DNA of 64,000 nucleotides from Eledone cirrhosa. Its lineage: Eukaryota. Both the position numbers and the translations under genes were made by a program. Below, one piece after another: positions 16,205 through 29,340 of this stretch; positions within the stretch are counted from its first letter, which is position 1, and the number at the start of each line of letters is the position of its first letter. The stretch lies in NCBI GenBank assembly GCA_964016885.1, contig OZ024745.1:65410001-65474000 (forward strand), in the 5' to 3' direction. The notes under the pieces were generated by a model that did no database searches, was not told the origin of the DNA, and saw nothing but the letters and a program-made list of their open reading frames with translations.

Positions 16205-19140
16205 TTTTTTATTTGGGGGATCCATTTTGTATTTGGGTGATCCATTTTTTATTTGGGTGATCCATTTTTTATTTGGGTGATCCATTTTTTATTTGTGGGA
16301 TCCATTTTTTATTTGGGTGATCCATTTTTTATTTGGGGGATCCTTTTTTTATTTGGGTGATCCATTTTTTATTTGGGTGATCCATTTTTTATTTGGGGGA
16401 TCCATTTTTTATTTGGGTGATCCATTTTTTATTTGGGTGATCCATTTTTTATTTGGGGGATCCATTTTTTATTTGGGTGATCCATTTTTTATTTGGGGGA
16501 TCCATTTTTTATTTGGGGGATCCATTTTTTATTTGGGTGATCCATTTTTTATATGGGTGATCCATTTTTTATTTGGGGGGATCCATTTTTAATTTGGGTG
16601 ATCCATTTTTTATTTGGGGGATCCATTTTTTATTTGGGTGATCCATTTTTTATTTGGGGGATCCATTTTTTATTTGGGTGATCCATTTTTTATTTGGGTT
16701 AGCCATTTTTTAATTAGGTGATCCATTTTTTATTTGGGGGATCCATTTTTTATTTGGGTGATCCATTTTTTAGTTGGGTGGTCCATTTTATATTTGGGTG
16801 ATCCATTTTTTATTTGGGGGATCCATTTTTTATTTGGGTGATCCATTTTTTATTTGGGGATCCATTTTTTATTTGGGTGATCCATTTTTTATTTGGGTGA
16901 TCCATTTTTTATTTGGGGGATCCATTTTTTATTTGGGTGATTCATTTTTTATTTGGGGGGTCCATTTTTTATTTGGGGGATCCATTTTTATTTGGGTGAT
17001 CCATTTTTTATTTGGGGGATCCATTTTTTATTTGGGTGATCCATTTTTTATTTGGGTTGATCCCTTTTTTATTTGGGGGATCCATTTTTTATTTGGGTGA
17101 TCCATTTTTTATTTGGGTGATCCATTTTTTATTTGAGGGATCCATTTTATATTTGGGTGATCCATTTTTTATTTGGGGGATCCATTATTTATTTGGGTGA
17201 TCCATTTTTTATTTGGGTGATCCATTTTTTATTTGGGGGATCCATTTTTTATTTGGGTGATCCATTTTTTATTTGGGTGATCCATTTTTTATTTGGGGGA
17301 TCCATTTTTTATTTGGGGGATCCATTTTTTATTTGGGTGATCCATTTTTATTTGGAGATCCATTTTGTATTTGGGTGATCCATTTTTTAATTGGGTGATC
17401 CATTTTTTATTTGGGTGATCCATTTTTTATTTGGGGGATCCATTTTTTATTTGGGTGATCCATTTTTTATTTGGGTGGTCCATTTTTTAATTGGGTGATC
17501 CATTTTTTATTTGGGGGATCCATTTTTTATTTGGGTGATCCATTTTTTATTTGGGGATCCATTTTTTATTTGGGTGATCCATTTTTTATTTGGGTGATCC
17601 ATTTTATATTTGGGGGATACATTTTTTATTTGGGTGATCCATTTTTTATTTGGGGGGTCCATTTTTTATTTGGGGGATCCATTTTGTATTTGGGTGATCC
17701 ATTTTTTATTTGGGTGATCCATTTTTTATTTGGGTGATCCATTTTTTATTTGTGGGATCCATTTTTTATTTGGGTGATCCATTTTTTATTTGGGGGATCC
17801 TTTTTTTATTTGGGTGATCCATTTTTTATTTGGGTGATCCATTTTTTATTTGGGGGATCCATTTTTTATTTGGGTGATCCATTTTTTATTTGGGTGATCC
17901 ATTTTTTATTTGGGGGATCCATTTTTTATTTGGGTGATCCATTTTTTATTTGGGGGATCCATTTTTTATTTGGGGGATCCATTTTTTATTTGGGTGATCC
18001 ATTTTTTATATGGGTGATCCATTTTTTATTTGGGGGGATCCATTTTTAATTTGGGTGATCCATTTTTTATTTGGGGGATCCATTTTTTATTTGGGTGATC
18101 CATTTTTTATTTGGGGGATCCATTTTTTATTTGGGTGATCCATTTTTTATTTGGGTTAGCCATTTTTTAATTAGGTGATCCATTTTTTATTTGGGGGATC
18201 CATTTTTTATTTGGGTGATCCATTTTTTAGTTGGGTGGTCCATTTTATATTTGGGTGATCCATTTTTTATTTGGGGGATCCATTTTTTATTTGGGTGATC
18301 CATTTTTTATTTGGGGATCCATTTTTTATTTGGGTGATCCATTTTTTATTTGGGTGATCCATTTTTTATTTGGGGGATCCATTTTTTATTTGGGTGATTC
18401 ATTTTTTATTTGGGGGGTCCATTTTTTATTTGGGGGATCCATTTTTATTTGGGTGATCCATTTTTTATTTGGGGGATCCATTTTTTATTTGGGTGATCCA
18501 TTTTTTATTTGGGTTGATCCCTTTTTTATTTGGGGGATCCATTTTTTATTTGGGTGATCCATTTTTTATTTGGGTGATCCATTTTTTATTTGAGGGATCC
18601 ATTTTATATTTGGGTGATCCATTTTTTATTTGGGGGATCCATTATTTATTTGGGTGATCCATTTTTTATTTGGGTGATCCATTTTTTATTTGGGGGATCC
18701 ATTTTTTATTTGGGTGATCCATTTTTTATTTGGGTGATCCATTTTTTATTTGGGGGATCCATTTTTTATTTGGGGGATCCATTTTTTATTTGGGTGATCC
18801 ATTTTTATTTGGAGATCCATTTTGTATTTGGGTGATCCATTTTTTAATTGGGTGATCCATTTTTTATTTGGGTGATCCATTTTTTATTTGGGGGATCCAT
18901 TTTTTATTTGGGTGATCCATTTTTTATTTGGGTGGTCCATTTTTTAATTGGGTGATCCATTTTTTATTTGGGGGATCCATTTTTTATTTGGGTGATCCAT
19001 TTTTTATTTGGGGATCCATTTTTTATTTGGGTGATCCATTTTTTATTTGGGTGATCCATTTTATATTTGGGGGATACATTTTTTATTTGGGTGATCCATT
19101 TTTTATTTGGGGGGTCCATTTTTTATTTGGGGGATCCATT
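16205..19140 (+). repeat. Tandem segmental duplication, 1457-bp unit, 2 copies
   Basis: ORF pairs 16293/17750, 16774/18231, 17012/18469, 17133/18590 and 17471/18928 are offset by 1457. The rare variant GGGTTAGCC occurs at ~16696 and ~18153. Confidence 0.9.
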
Positions 19141-19354
19141 TTTATTTGGGTGATCCATTTTTTATTTGGGGGATCCATTTTTTATTTAGGTGATCCCTTT
19201 TTTATTTGGGGGATCCATTTTTTATTTGGGTGATCCATTTTTTATTTGGGGGATCCATTTTTTATTTGGGGGATTCATTTTTTATTTGGGTGATCCATTT
19301 TTTATTAGGGGGATTCATTTTTTATTTGGGTGATCCATTTTTATTTGGAGATCC

Positions 19355-22300
19355 ATTTTTTATTTAGGTGATCCATTTTATAATTGGGTGATCCATTTTT
19401 TATTTGGGGGATCCATTTTTTATTTGGAGGATCCATTATTTATTTGGGTGATCCATTTTTTATTTGGGTGATCCATTTTTTATTTGGGTGATCCATTTTT
19501 TATTTGGGTTGATCCCTTTTTTATTTGGGGGATCCATTTTTTATTTGGGTGATCCATTTTTTATTTTAGGGATCCATTTTTTATTTGGGTGATCCATTTT
19601 TTATTTGGGTGATCCATTTTTTATTTGGGGGATCCATTTTTTATTTGGGTGATCCATTTTTTATTTGGGTGATCCATTTTTTATTTGAGGGACTCATTTT
19701 ATATTTGGGTGATCCATTTTTTATTTGGGTGATCCATTTTTTATTTGGGGGATCCATTTTTTATTTGGGGGATCCATTTTTTATTTGGGGGATCCATTTT
19801 TTATTTGGGGGATCCATTTTTTATTTCGGGGATCCATTTTCTATTTGGGTGATTCATTTTTTATTTGGGGGATCCATTTTTTATTTGGGTGATCCATTTT
19901 TTTTATTTGGGGGTCCATTTTTTATTTGGGTGATCCATTTTTTATTTGGGTGATCCATTTTTTAATTGGGTGATCCATTTTTATTTGGGTGATCCATTTT
20001 TTACTTGGGGGATCCATTTTTTATTTGGGTGATCCATTTTTTATTTTGCTGATTCATTTTTTATTTGGGTGATCCATTTTTTATTTGGGGGATCCATTTT
20101 TTATTTGGGTGAACCATTTTTTATTTGGGGGATCCATTTTTTATTTGGGTGATCCATTTTTTATTTGGGTGATCCATTTTTTATTTGGGGGATCCATTTT
20201 TTATTTGGGTGATCCATTTTTTATTTGGGTGATCCATTTTTTTATTTGGGGGATCCATTTTTTATTTGGGGGATCCATTTTTTATTTGGGTGATCCATTT
20301 TTATTTGGAGATCCATTTTGTATTTGGGTGATCCATTTTGTATTTGGGGGATCCATTTTTTAATTGGGTGATCCATTTTTTATTTGGGGGATCCATTTTT
20401 TATTTGGGGGATCCATTTTTTATTTGGGGGATCCATTGTTTATTTGGGTGATCCATTTTTTATTTGGGTGATCCATTTTTTATTTGGGGGATCCATTTTT
20501 TATTTGGGTGATCCATTTTTTATTTGGGTGATCCATTTTTTATTTGGGTGATCCATTTTTTATTTGTGGGATCCATTTTTTATTTGGGTGATCCATTTTT
20601 TATTTGGGGGATCCTTTTTTTATTTGGGTGATCCATTTTTTATTTGGGTGATCCATTTTTTATTTGGGGGATCCATTCTTTATTTGGGTGATCCATTTTT
20701 TATTTGGGTGATCCATTTTTTATTTGGGGGATCCATTTTTTATTTGGGTGATCCATTTTTTATTTGGGGGATCCATTTTTTATTTGGGGGATCCATTTTT
20801 TATTTGGGTGATCCATTTTTTATTTGGGTGATCCATTTTTTAGTTGGGTGGTCCATTTTTTATTTGGGTGATCCATTTTTTATTTGGGGGATCCATTTTT
20901 TATTTGGGTGATCCATTTTTTATTTGGGGATCCATTTTTTATTTGGGTGATCCATTTTTTATTTGGGTGATCCATTTTTTATTTGGGGGATCCATTTTTT
21001 ATTTGGGTGATTCATTTTTTATTTGGGGGGTCCATTTTTTATTTGGGGGATCCATTTTTATTTGGGTGATCCATTTTTTATTTGGGGGATCCATTTTTTA
21101 TTTGGGTGATCCATTTTTTATTTGGGTTGATCCCTTTTCTATTTGGGGGATCCATTTTTTATTTAGGTGATCCATTTTTTATTTGGAGGATCCACTTTTT
21201 ATTTGGGTGATCCATTTTTTATTTGAGGGATCCATTTTATATTTGGGTGATCCATTTTTTATTTGGGGGATCCATTATTTATTTGGGTGATCCATTTTTT
21301 ATTTGGGTGATCCATTTTTTATTTGGATGATCCATTTTTTATTTGGGTGATCCATTTTTTATTTGGGTGATCCATTTTTTATTTGGGGGATCCATTTTTT
21401 ATTTGGATGATCCATTTTTTATTTGGGTGATTCATTTTTTATTTGAGGGATCCATTTTATATTTGGGTGATCCATTTTTTATTTGGGTGATCCATTTTTT
21501 ATTTGGGGGATCCATTTTTTATTTGGGGGATCCATTTTTTATTTGGGGGATCCATTTTTTATTTGGGGGATCCATTTTTTATTTCGGGGATCCATTTTTT
21601 ATTTGGGTGATTCATTTTTTATTGGGGGATCCATTTTTTATTTGGGTGATCCATTTTTATTTGGAGATCCATTTTGTATTTGGGTGATCCATTTTTTAAT
21701 TGGGTGATCCATTTTTTATTTGGGTGATCCATTTTTTATTTGGGGGATCCATTTTTTATTTGGGTGATCCATTTTTTATTTGGGTGGTACATTTTTTATT
21801 TGGGTGATCCATTTTTTATTTGGGGGATCCATTTTTTATTTGGGTGATCCATTTTTTATTTGGGGATCCATTTTTTATTTGGGTGATCCATTTTTTATTT
21901 GGGTGACCCATTTTTTATTTGGGGGATACATTTTTTATTTGGGTGATCCATTTTTTATTTGGGGGGTCCATTTTTTATTTGGGGGATCCATTTTTATTTG
22001 GGTGATCCATTTTTTATTTGGGGGATCCATTTTTTATTTGGGTGATCCCTTTTTTATTTGGGGGATCCATTTTTTATTTGGGTGATCCATTTTTTATTTG
22101 GGGATCCATTTTTTATTTGGGGGATTCATTTTTTATTTGGGTGATCCATTTTTTATTAGGGGGATCCATTTTTTATTTGGGTGATCCATTTTTATTTGGA
22201 GATCCATTTTTTATTTAGGTGATCCATTTTATAATTGGGTGATCCATTTTTTATTTGGGGGATCCATTTTTTATTTGGAGGATCCATTATTTATTTGGGT

Positions 22301-25300
22301 GATCCATTTTTTATTTGGGTGATCCATTTTTTATTTGGGTGATCCATTTTTTATTTGGGTTGATCCCTTTTTTATTTGGGGGATCCATTTTTTATTTGGG
22401 TGATCCATTTTTTATTTTGGGGATCCATTTTTTATTTGGGTGATCCATTTTTTATTTGGGTGATCCATTTTTTATTTGGGGGATCCATTTTTTATTTGGG
22501 TGATCCATTTTTTATTTGGGTGATCCATTTTTTATTTGAGGGACCCATTTTATATTTGGGTGATCCATTTTTTATTTGGGTGATCCATTTTATATTTGGG
22601 GGATCCATTTTTTATTTGGGGGATCCATTTTTTATTTGGGGGATCCATTTTTTATTTGGGGGATCCATTTTTTATTTCGGGGATCCATTTTTTATTTGGG
22701 TGATTCATTTTTTATTTGGGGGATCCATTTTTTATTTGGGTGGTCCATTTTTTTTATTTGGGGGTCCATTTTTTATTTGGGTGATCCATTTTTTATTTGG
22801 GTGATCCATTTTTTAATTGGGTGATCCATTTTTATTTGGGTGATCCATTTTTTACTTGGGGGATCCATTTTTTATTTGGGTGATCCATTTTTTATTTTGC
22901 TGATTCATTTTTTATTTGGGTGATCCATTTTTTATTTGGGGGATCCATTTTTTATTTGGGTGAACCATTTTTTATTTGGGGGATCCATTTTTTATTTGGG
23001 TGATCCATTTTTTATTTGGGTGATCCATTTTTTATTTGGGGGATCCATTTTTTATTTGGGTGATCCATTTTTTATTTGGGTGATCCATTTTTTATTTGGG
23101 GGATCCATTTTTTATTTGGGGGATCCATTTTTTATTTGGGTGATACATTTTTATTTGGAGATCCATTTTGTATTTGGGTGATCCATTTTGTATTTGGGGA
23201 TCCATTTTTTAATTGGGTGATCCATTTTTTATTTGGGGGATCCATTTTTTATTTGGGGGATCCATTTTTTATTTGGGGGATCCATTGTTTATTTGGGTGA
23301 TCCATTTTTTATTTGGGTGATCCATTTTTTATTTGGGGGATCCATTTTTTATTTGGGTGATCCATTTCTTATTTGGGTGATCCATTTTTTATTTGGGTGA
23401 TCCATTTTTTATTTGTGGGATCCATTTTTTATTTGGGTGATCCATTTTTTATTTGGGGGATCCTTTTTTTATTTGGGTGATCCATTTTTTATTTGGGTGA
23501 TCCATTTTTTATTTGGGGGATCCATTTTTTATTTGGGTGATCCATTTTTTATTTGGGTGATACATTTTTTATTTGGGGGATCCATTTTTTATTTGGGTGA
23601 TCCATTTTTTATTTGGGGGATCCATTTTTTATTTGGGGGATCCATTTTTTATTTGGGTGATCCATTTTTTATTTGGGTGATCCATTTTTTATTTGGGGGG
23701 ATCCATTTTTTATTTGGGTGATCCATTTTTTATTTGGGGGATCCATTTTTTATTTGGGTGATCCATTTTTTATTTGGGGGATCCATTTTTTATTTGGGTG
23801 ATCCATTTTTTATTTGGGTGATCCATTTTTTAATTGGGTGATCCATTTTTTATTTGGGGGATCCATTTTTTATTTGGGTGATCCATTTTTTAGTTGGGTG
23901 GTCCATTTTTTATTTGGGTGATCCATTTTTTATTTGGGGGATCCATTTTTTATTTGGGTGATCCATTTTTTATTTGGGGATCCATTTTGTATTTGGGTGA
24001 TCCATTTTTTATTTGGGTGATCCATTTTTTATTTGGGGGATCCATTTTTTATTTGGGTGATTCATTTTTTATTTGGGGGGTCCATTTTTTATTTGGGGGA
24101 TCCATTTTTATTTGGGTGATCCATTTTTTATTTGGGGGATCCATTTTTTATTTGGGTGATCCATTTTTTATTTGGGTTGATCCCTTTTTTATTTGGGGGA
24201 TCCATTTTTTATTTGGGTGATCCATTTTTTATTTGGAGGATCCACTTTTTATTTGGGTGATCCATTTTTTATTTGAGGGATCCATTTTATATTTGGGTGA
24301 TCCATTTTTTATTTGGGGGATCCATTATTTATTTGGGTGATCCATTTTTTATTTGGGTGATCCATTTTTTATTTGGGTGATCCATTTTTTATTTGGGTGA
24401 TCCATTTTTTATTTAGGTGATCCATTTTATAATTGGGTGATCCATTTTTTATTTGGGGGATCCATTTTTTATTTGGAGGATCCATTATTTATTTGGGTGA
24501 TCCATTTTTTATTTGGGTGATCCATTTTTTATTTGGGTGATCCATTTTTTATTTGGGTTGATCCCTTTTTTATTTGGGGGATCCATTTTTTATTTGGGTG
24601 ATCCATTTTTTATTTTAGGGATCCATTTTTTATTTGGGTGATCCATTTTTTATTTGGGTGATCCATTTTTTATTTGGGGGATCCATTTTTTATTTGGGTG
24701 ATCCATTTTTTATTTGGGTGATCCATTTTTTATTTGAGGGACTCATTTTATATTTGGGTGATCCATTTTTTATTTGGGTGATCCATTTTTTATTTGGGGG
24801 ATCCATTTTTTATTTGGGGGATCCATTTTTTATTTGGGGGATCCATTTTTTATTTGGGGGATCCATTTTTTATTTCGGGGATCCATTTTCTATTTGGGTG
24901 ATTCATTTTTTATTTGGGGGATCCATTTTTTATTTGGGTGATCCATTTTTTTTATTTGGGGGTCCATTTTTTATTTGGGTGATCCATTTTTTATTTGGGT
25001 GATCCATTTTTTAATTGGGTGATCCATTTTTATTTGGGTGATCCATTTTTTACTTGGGGGATCCATTTTTTATTTGGGTGATCCATTTTTTATTTTGCTG
25101 ATTCATTTTTTATTTGGGTGATCCATTTTTTATTTGGGGGATCCATTTTTTATTTGGGTGAACCATTTTTTATTTGGGGGATCCATTTTTTATTTGGGTG
25201 ATCCATTTTTTATTTGGGTGATCCATTTTTTATTTGGGGGATCCATTTTTTATTTGGGTGATCCATTTTTTATTTGGGTGATCCATTTTTTATTTGGGGG

Positions 25301-28300
25301 ATCCATTTTTTATTTGGGGGATCCATTTTTTATTTGGGTGATCCATTTTTATTTGGAGATCCATTTTGTATTTGGGTGATCCATTTTGTATTTGGGGGAT
25401 CCATTTTTTAATTGGGTGATCCATTTTTTATTTGGGGGATCCATTTTTTATTTGGGGGATCCATTTTTTATTTGGGGGATCCATTGTTTATTTGGGTGAT
25501 CCATTTTTTATTTGGGTGATCCATTTTTTATTTGGGGGATCCATTTTTTATTTGGGTGATCCATTTTTTATTTGGGTGATCCATTTTTTATTTGGGTGAT
25601 CCATTTTTTATTTGTGGGATCCATTTTTTATTTGGGTGATCCATTTTTTATTTGGGGGATCCTTTTTTTATTTGGGTGATCCATTTTTTATTTGGGTGAT
25701 CCATTTTTTATTTGGGGGATCCATTCTTTATTTGGGTGATCCATTTTTTATTTGGGTGATCCATTTTTTATTTGGGGGATCCATTTTTTATTTGGGTGAT
25801 CCATTTTTTATTTGGGGGATCCATTTTTTATTTGGGGGATCCATTTTTTATTTGGGTGATCCATTTTTTATTTGGGTGATCCATTTTTTAGTTGGGTGGT
25901 CCATTTTTTATTTGGGTGATCCATTTTTTATTTGGGGGATCCATTTTTTATTTGGGTGATCCATTTTTTATTTGGGGATCCATTTTTTATTTGGGTGATC
26001 CATTTTTTATTTGGGTGATCCATTTTTTATTTGGGGGATCCATTTTTTATTTGGGTGATTCATTTTTTATTTGGGGGGTCCATTTTTTATTTGGGGGATC
26101 CATTTTTATTTGGGTGATCCATTTTTTATTTGGGGGATCCATTTTTTATTTGGGTGATCCATTTTTTATTTGGGTTGATCCCTTTTCTATTTGGGGGATC
26201 CATTTTTTATTTAGGTGATCCATTTTTTATTTGGAGGATCCACTTTTTATTTGGGTGATCCATTTTTTATTTGAGGGATCCATTTTATATTTGGGTGATC
26301 CATTTTTTATTTGGGGGATCCATTATTTATTTGGGTGATCCATTTTTTATTTGGGTGATCCATTTTTTATTTGGATGATCCATTTTTTATTTGGGTGATC
26401 CATTTTTTATTTGGGTGATCCATTTTTTATTTGGGGGATCCATTTTTTATTTGGATGATCCATTTTTTATTTGGGTGATTCATTTTTTATTTGAGGGATC
26501 CATTTTATATTTGGGTGATCCATTTTTTATTTGGGTGATCCATTTTTTATTTGGGGGATCCATTTTTTATTTGGGGGATCCATTTTTTATTTGGGGGATC
26601 CATTTTTTATTTGGGGGATCCATTTTTTATTTCGGGGATCCATTTTTTATTTGGGTGATTCATTTTTTATTGGGGGATCCATTTTTTATTTGGGTGATCC
26701 ATTTTTATTTGGAGATCCATTTTGTATTTGGGTGATCCATTTTTTAATTGGGTGATCCATTTTTTATTTGGGTGATCCATTTTTTATTTGGGGGATCCAT
26801 TTTTTATTTGGGTGATCCATTTTTTATTTGGGTGGTACATTTTTTATTTGGGTGATCCATTTTTTATTTGGGGGATCCATTTTTTATTTGGGTGATCCAT
26901 TTTTTATTTGGGGATCCATTTTTTATTTGGGTGATCCATTTTTTATTTGGGTGACCCATTTTTTATTTGGGGGATACATTTTTTATTTGGGTGATCCATT
27001 TTTTATTTGGGGGGTCCATTTTTTATTTGGGGGATCCATTTTTATTTGGGTGATCCATTTTTTATTTGGGGGATCCATTTTTTATTTGGGTGATCCCTTT
27101 TTTATTTGGGGGATCCATTTTTTATTTGGGTGATCCATTTTTTATTTGGGGATCCATTTTTTATTTGGGGGATTCATTTTTTATTTGGGTGATCCATTTT
27201 TTATTAGGGGGATCCATTTTTTATTTGGGTGATCCATTTTTATTTGGAGATCCATTTTTTATTTAGGTGATCCATTTTATAATTGGGTGATCCATTTTTT
27301 ATTTGGGGGATCCATTTTTTATTTGGAGGATCCATTATTTATTTGGGTGATCCATTTTTTATTTGGGTGATCCATTTTTTATTTGGGTGATCCATTTTTT
27401 ATTTGGGTTGATCCCTTTTTTATTTGGGGGATCCATTTTTTATTTGGGTGATCCATTTTTTATTTTGGGGATCCATTTTTTATTTGGGTGATCCATTTTT
27501 TATTTGGGTGATCCATTTTTTATTTGGGGGATCCATTTTTTATTTGGGTGATCCATTTTTTATTTGGGTGATCCATTTTTTATTTGAGGGACCCATTTTA
27601 TATTTGGGTGATCCATTTTTTATTTGGGTGATCCATTTTATATTTGGGGGATCCATTTTTTATTTGGGGGATCCATTTTTTATTTGGGGGATCCATTTTT
27701 TATTTGGGGGATCCATTTTTTATTTCGGGGATCCATTTTTTATTTGGGTGATTCATTTTTTATTTGGGGGATCCATTTTTTATTTGGGTGATCCATTTTT
27801 TTTATTTGGGGGTCCATTTTTTATTTGGGTGATCCATTTTTTATTTGGGTGATCCATTTTTTAATTGGGTGATCCATTTTTATTTGGGTGATCCATTTTT
27901 TACTTGGGGGATCCATTTTTTATTTGGGTGATCCATTTTTTATTTTGCTGATTCATTTTTTATTTGGGTGATCCATTTTTTATTTGGGGGATCCATTTTT
28001 TATTTGGGTGAACCATTTTTTATTTGGGGGATCCATCTTTTATTTGGGTGATCCATTTTTTATTTGGGTGATCCATTTTTTATTTGGGGGATCCATTTTT
28101 TATTTGGGTGATCCATTTTTTATTTGGGTGATCCATTTTTTATTTGGGGGATCCATTTTTTATTTGGGGGATCCATTTTTTATTTGGGGGATCCATTTTT
28201 TATTTGGGGGATCCATTGTTTATTTGGGTGATCCATTTTTTATTTGGGTGATCCATTTTTTATTTGGGGGATCCATTTTTTATTTGGGTGATCCATTTCT

Positions 28301-29340
28301 TATTTGGGTGATCCATTTTTTATTTGGGTGATCCATTTTTTATTTGTGGGATCCATTTTTTATTTGGGTGATCCATTTTTTATTTGGGGGATCCTTTTTT
28401 TATTTGGGTGATCCATTTTTTATTTGGGTGATCCATTTTTTATTTGGGGGATCCATTTTTTATTTGGGTGATCCATTTTTTATTTGGGTGATACATTTTT
28501 TATTTGGGGGATCCATTTTTTATTTGGGTGATCCATTTTTTATTTGGGGGATCCATTTTTTATTTGGGGGATCCATTTTTTATTTGGGTGATCCATTTTT
28601 TATTTGGGTGATCCATTTTTTATTTGGGGGGATCCATTTTTTATTTGGGTGATCCATTTTTTATTTGGGGGATCCATTTTTTATTTGGGTGATCCATTTT
28701 TTATTTGGGGGATCCATTTTTTATTTGGGTGATCCATTTTTTATTTGGGTGATCCATTTTTTAATTGGGTGATCCATTTTTTATTTGGGGGATCCATTTT
28801 TTATTTGGGTGATCCATTTTTTAGTTGGGTGGTCCATTTTTTATTTGGGTGATCCATTTTTTATTTGGGGGATCCATTTTTTATTTGGGTGATCCATTTT
28901 TTATTTGGGGATCCATTTTGTATTTGGGTGATCCATTTTTTATTTGGGTGATCCATTTTTTATTTGGGGGATCCATTTTTTATTTGGGTGATTCATTTTT
29001 TATTTGGGGGGTCCATTTTTTATTTGGGGGATCCATTTTTATTTGGGTGATCCATTTTTTATTTGGGGGATCCATTTTTTATTTGGGTGATCCATTTTTT
29101 ATTTGGGTTGATCCCTTTTTTATTTGGGGGATCCATTTTTTATTTGGGTGATCCATTTTTTATTTGGAGGATCCACTTTTTATTTGGGTGATCCATTTTT
29201 TATTTGAGGGATCCATTTTATATTTGGGTGATCCATTTTTTATTTGGGGGATCCATTATTTATTTGGGTGATCCATTTTTTATTTGGGTGATCCATTTTT
29301 TATTTGGGTGATCCATTTTTTATTTGGGTGATCCATTTTT
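19355..29340 (+). repeat. Tandem segmental duplication, ~5.05-kb unit; second copy 117 bp shorter
   Basis: Offsets are 5049 (19585/24634, 20085/25134), then 5048 (20564/25612 through 22936/27984), then 4931 (23413/28344, 23894/28825). Shared variant GGTGGTAC at ~21783/26831. Confidence 0.88.
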
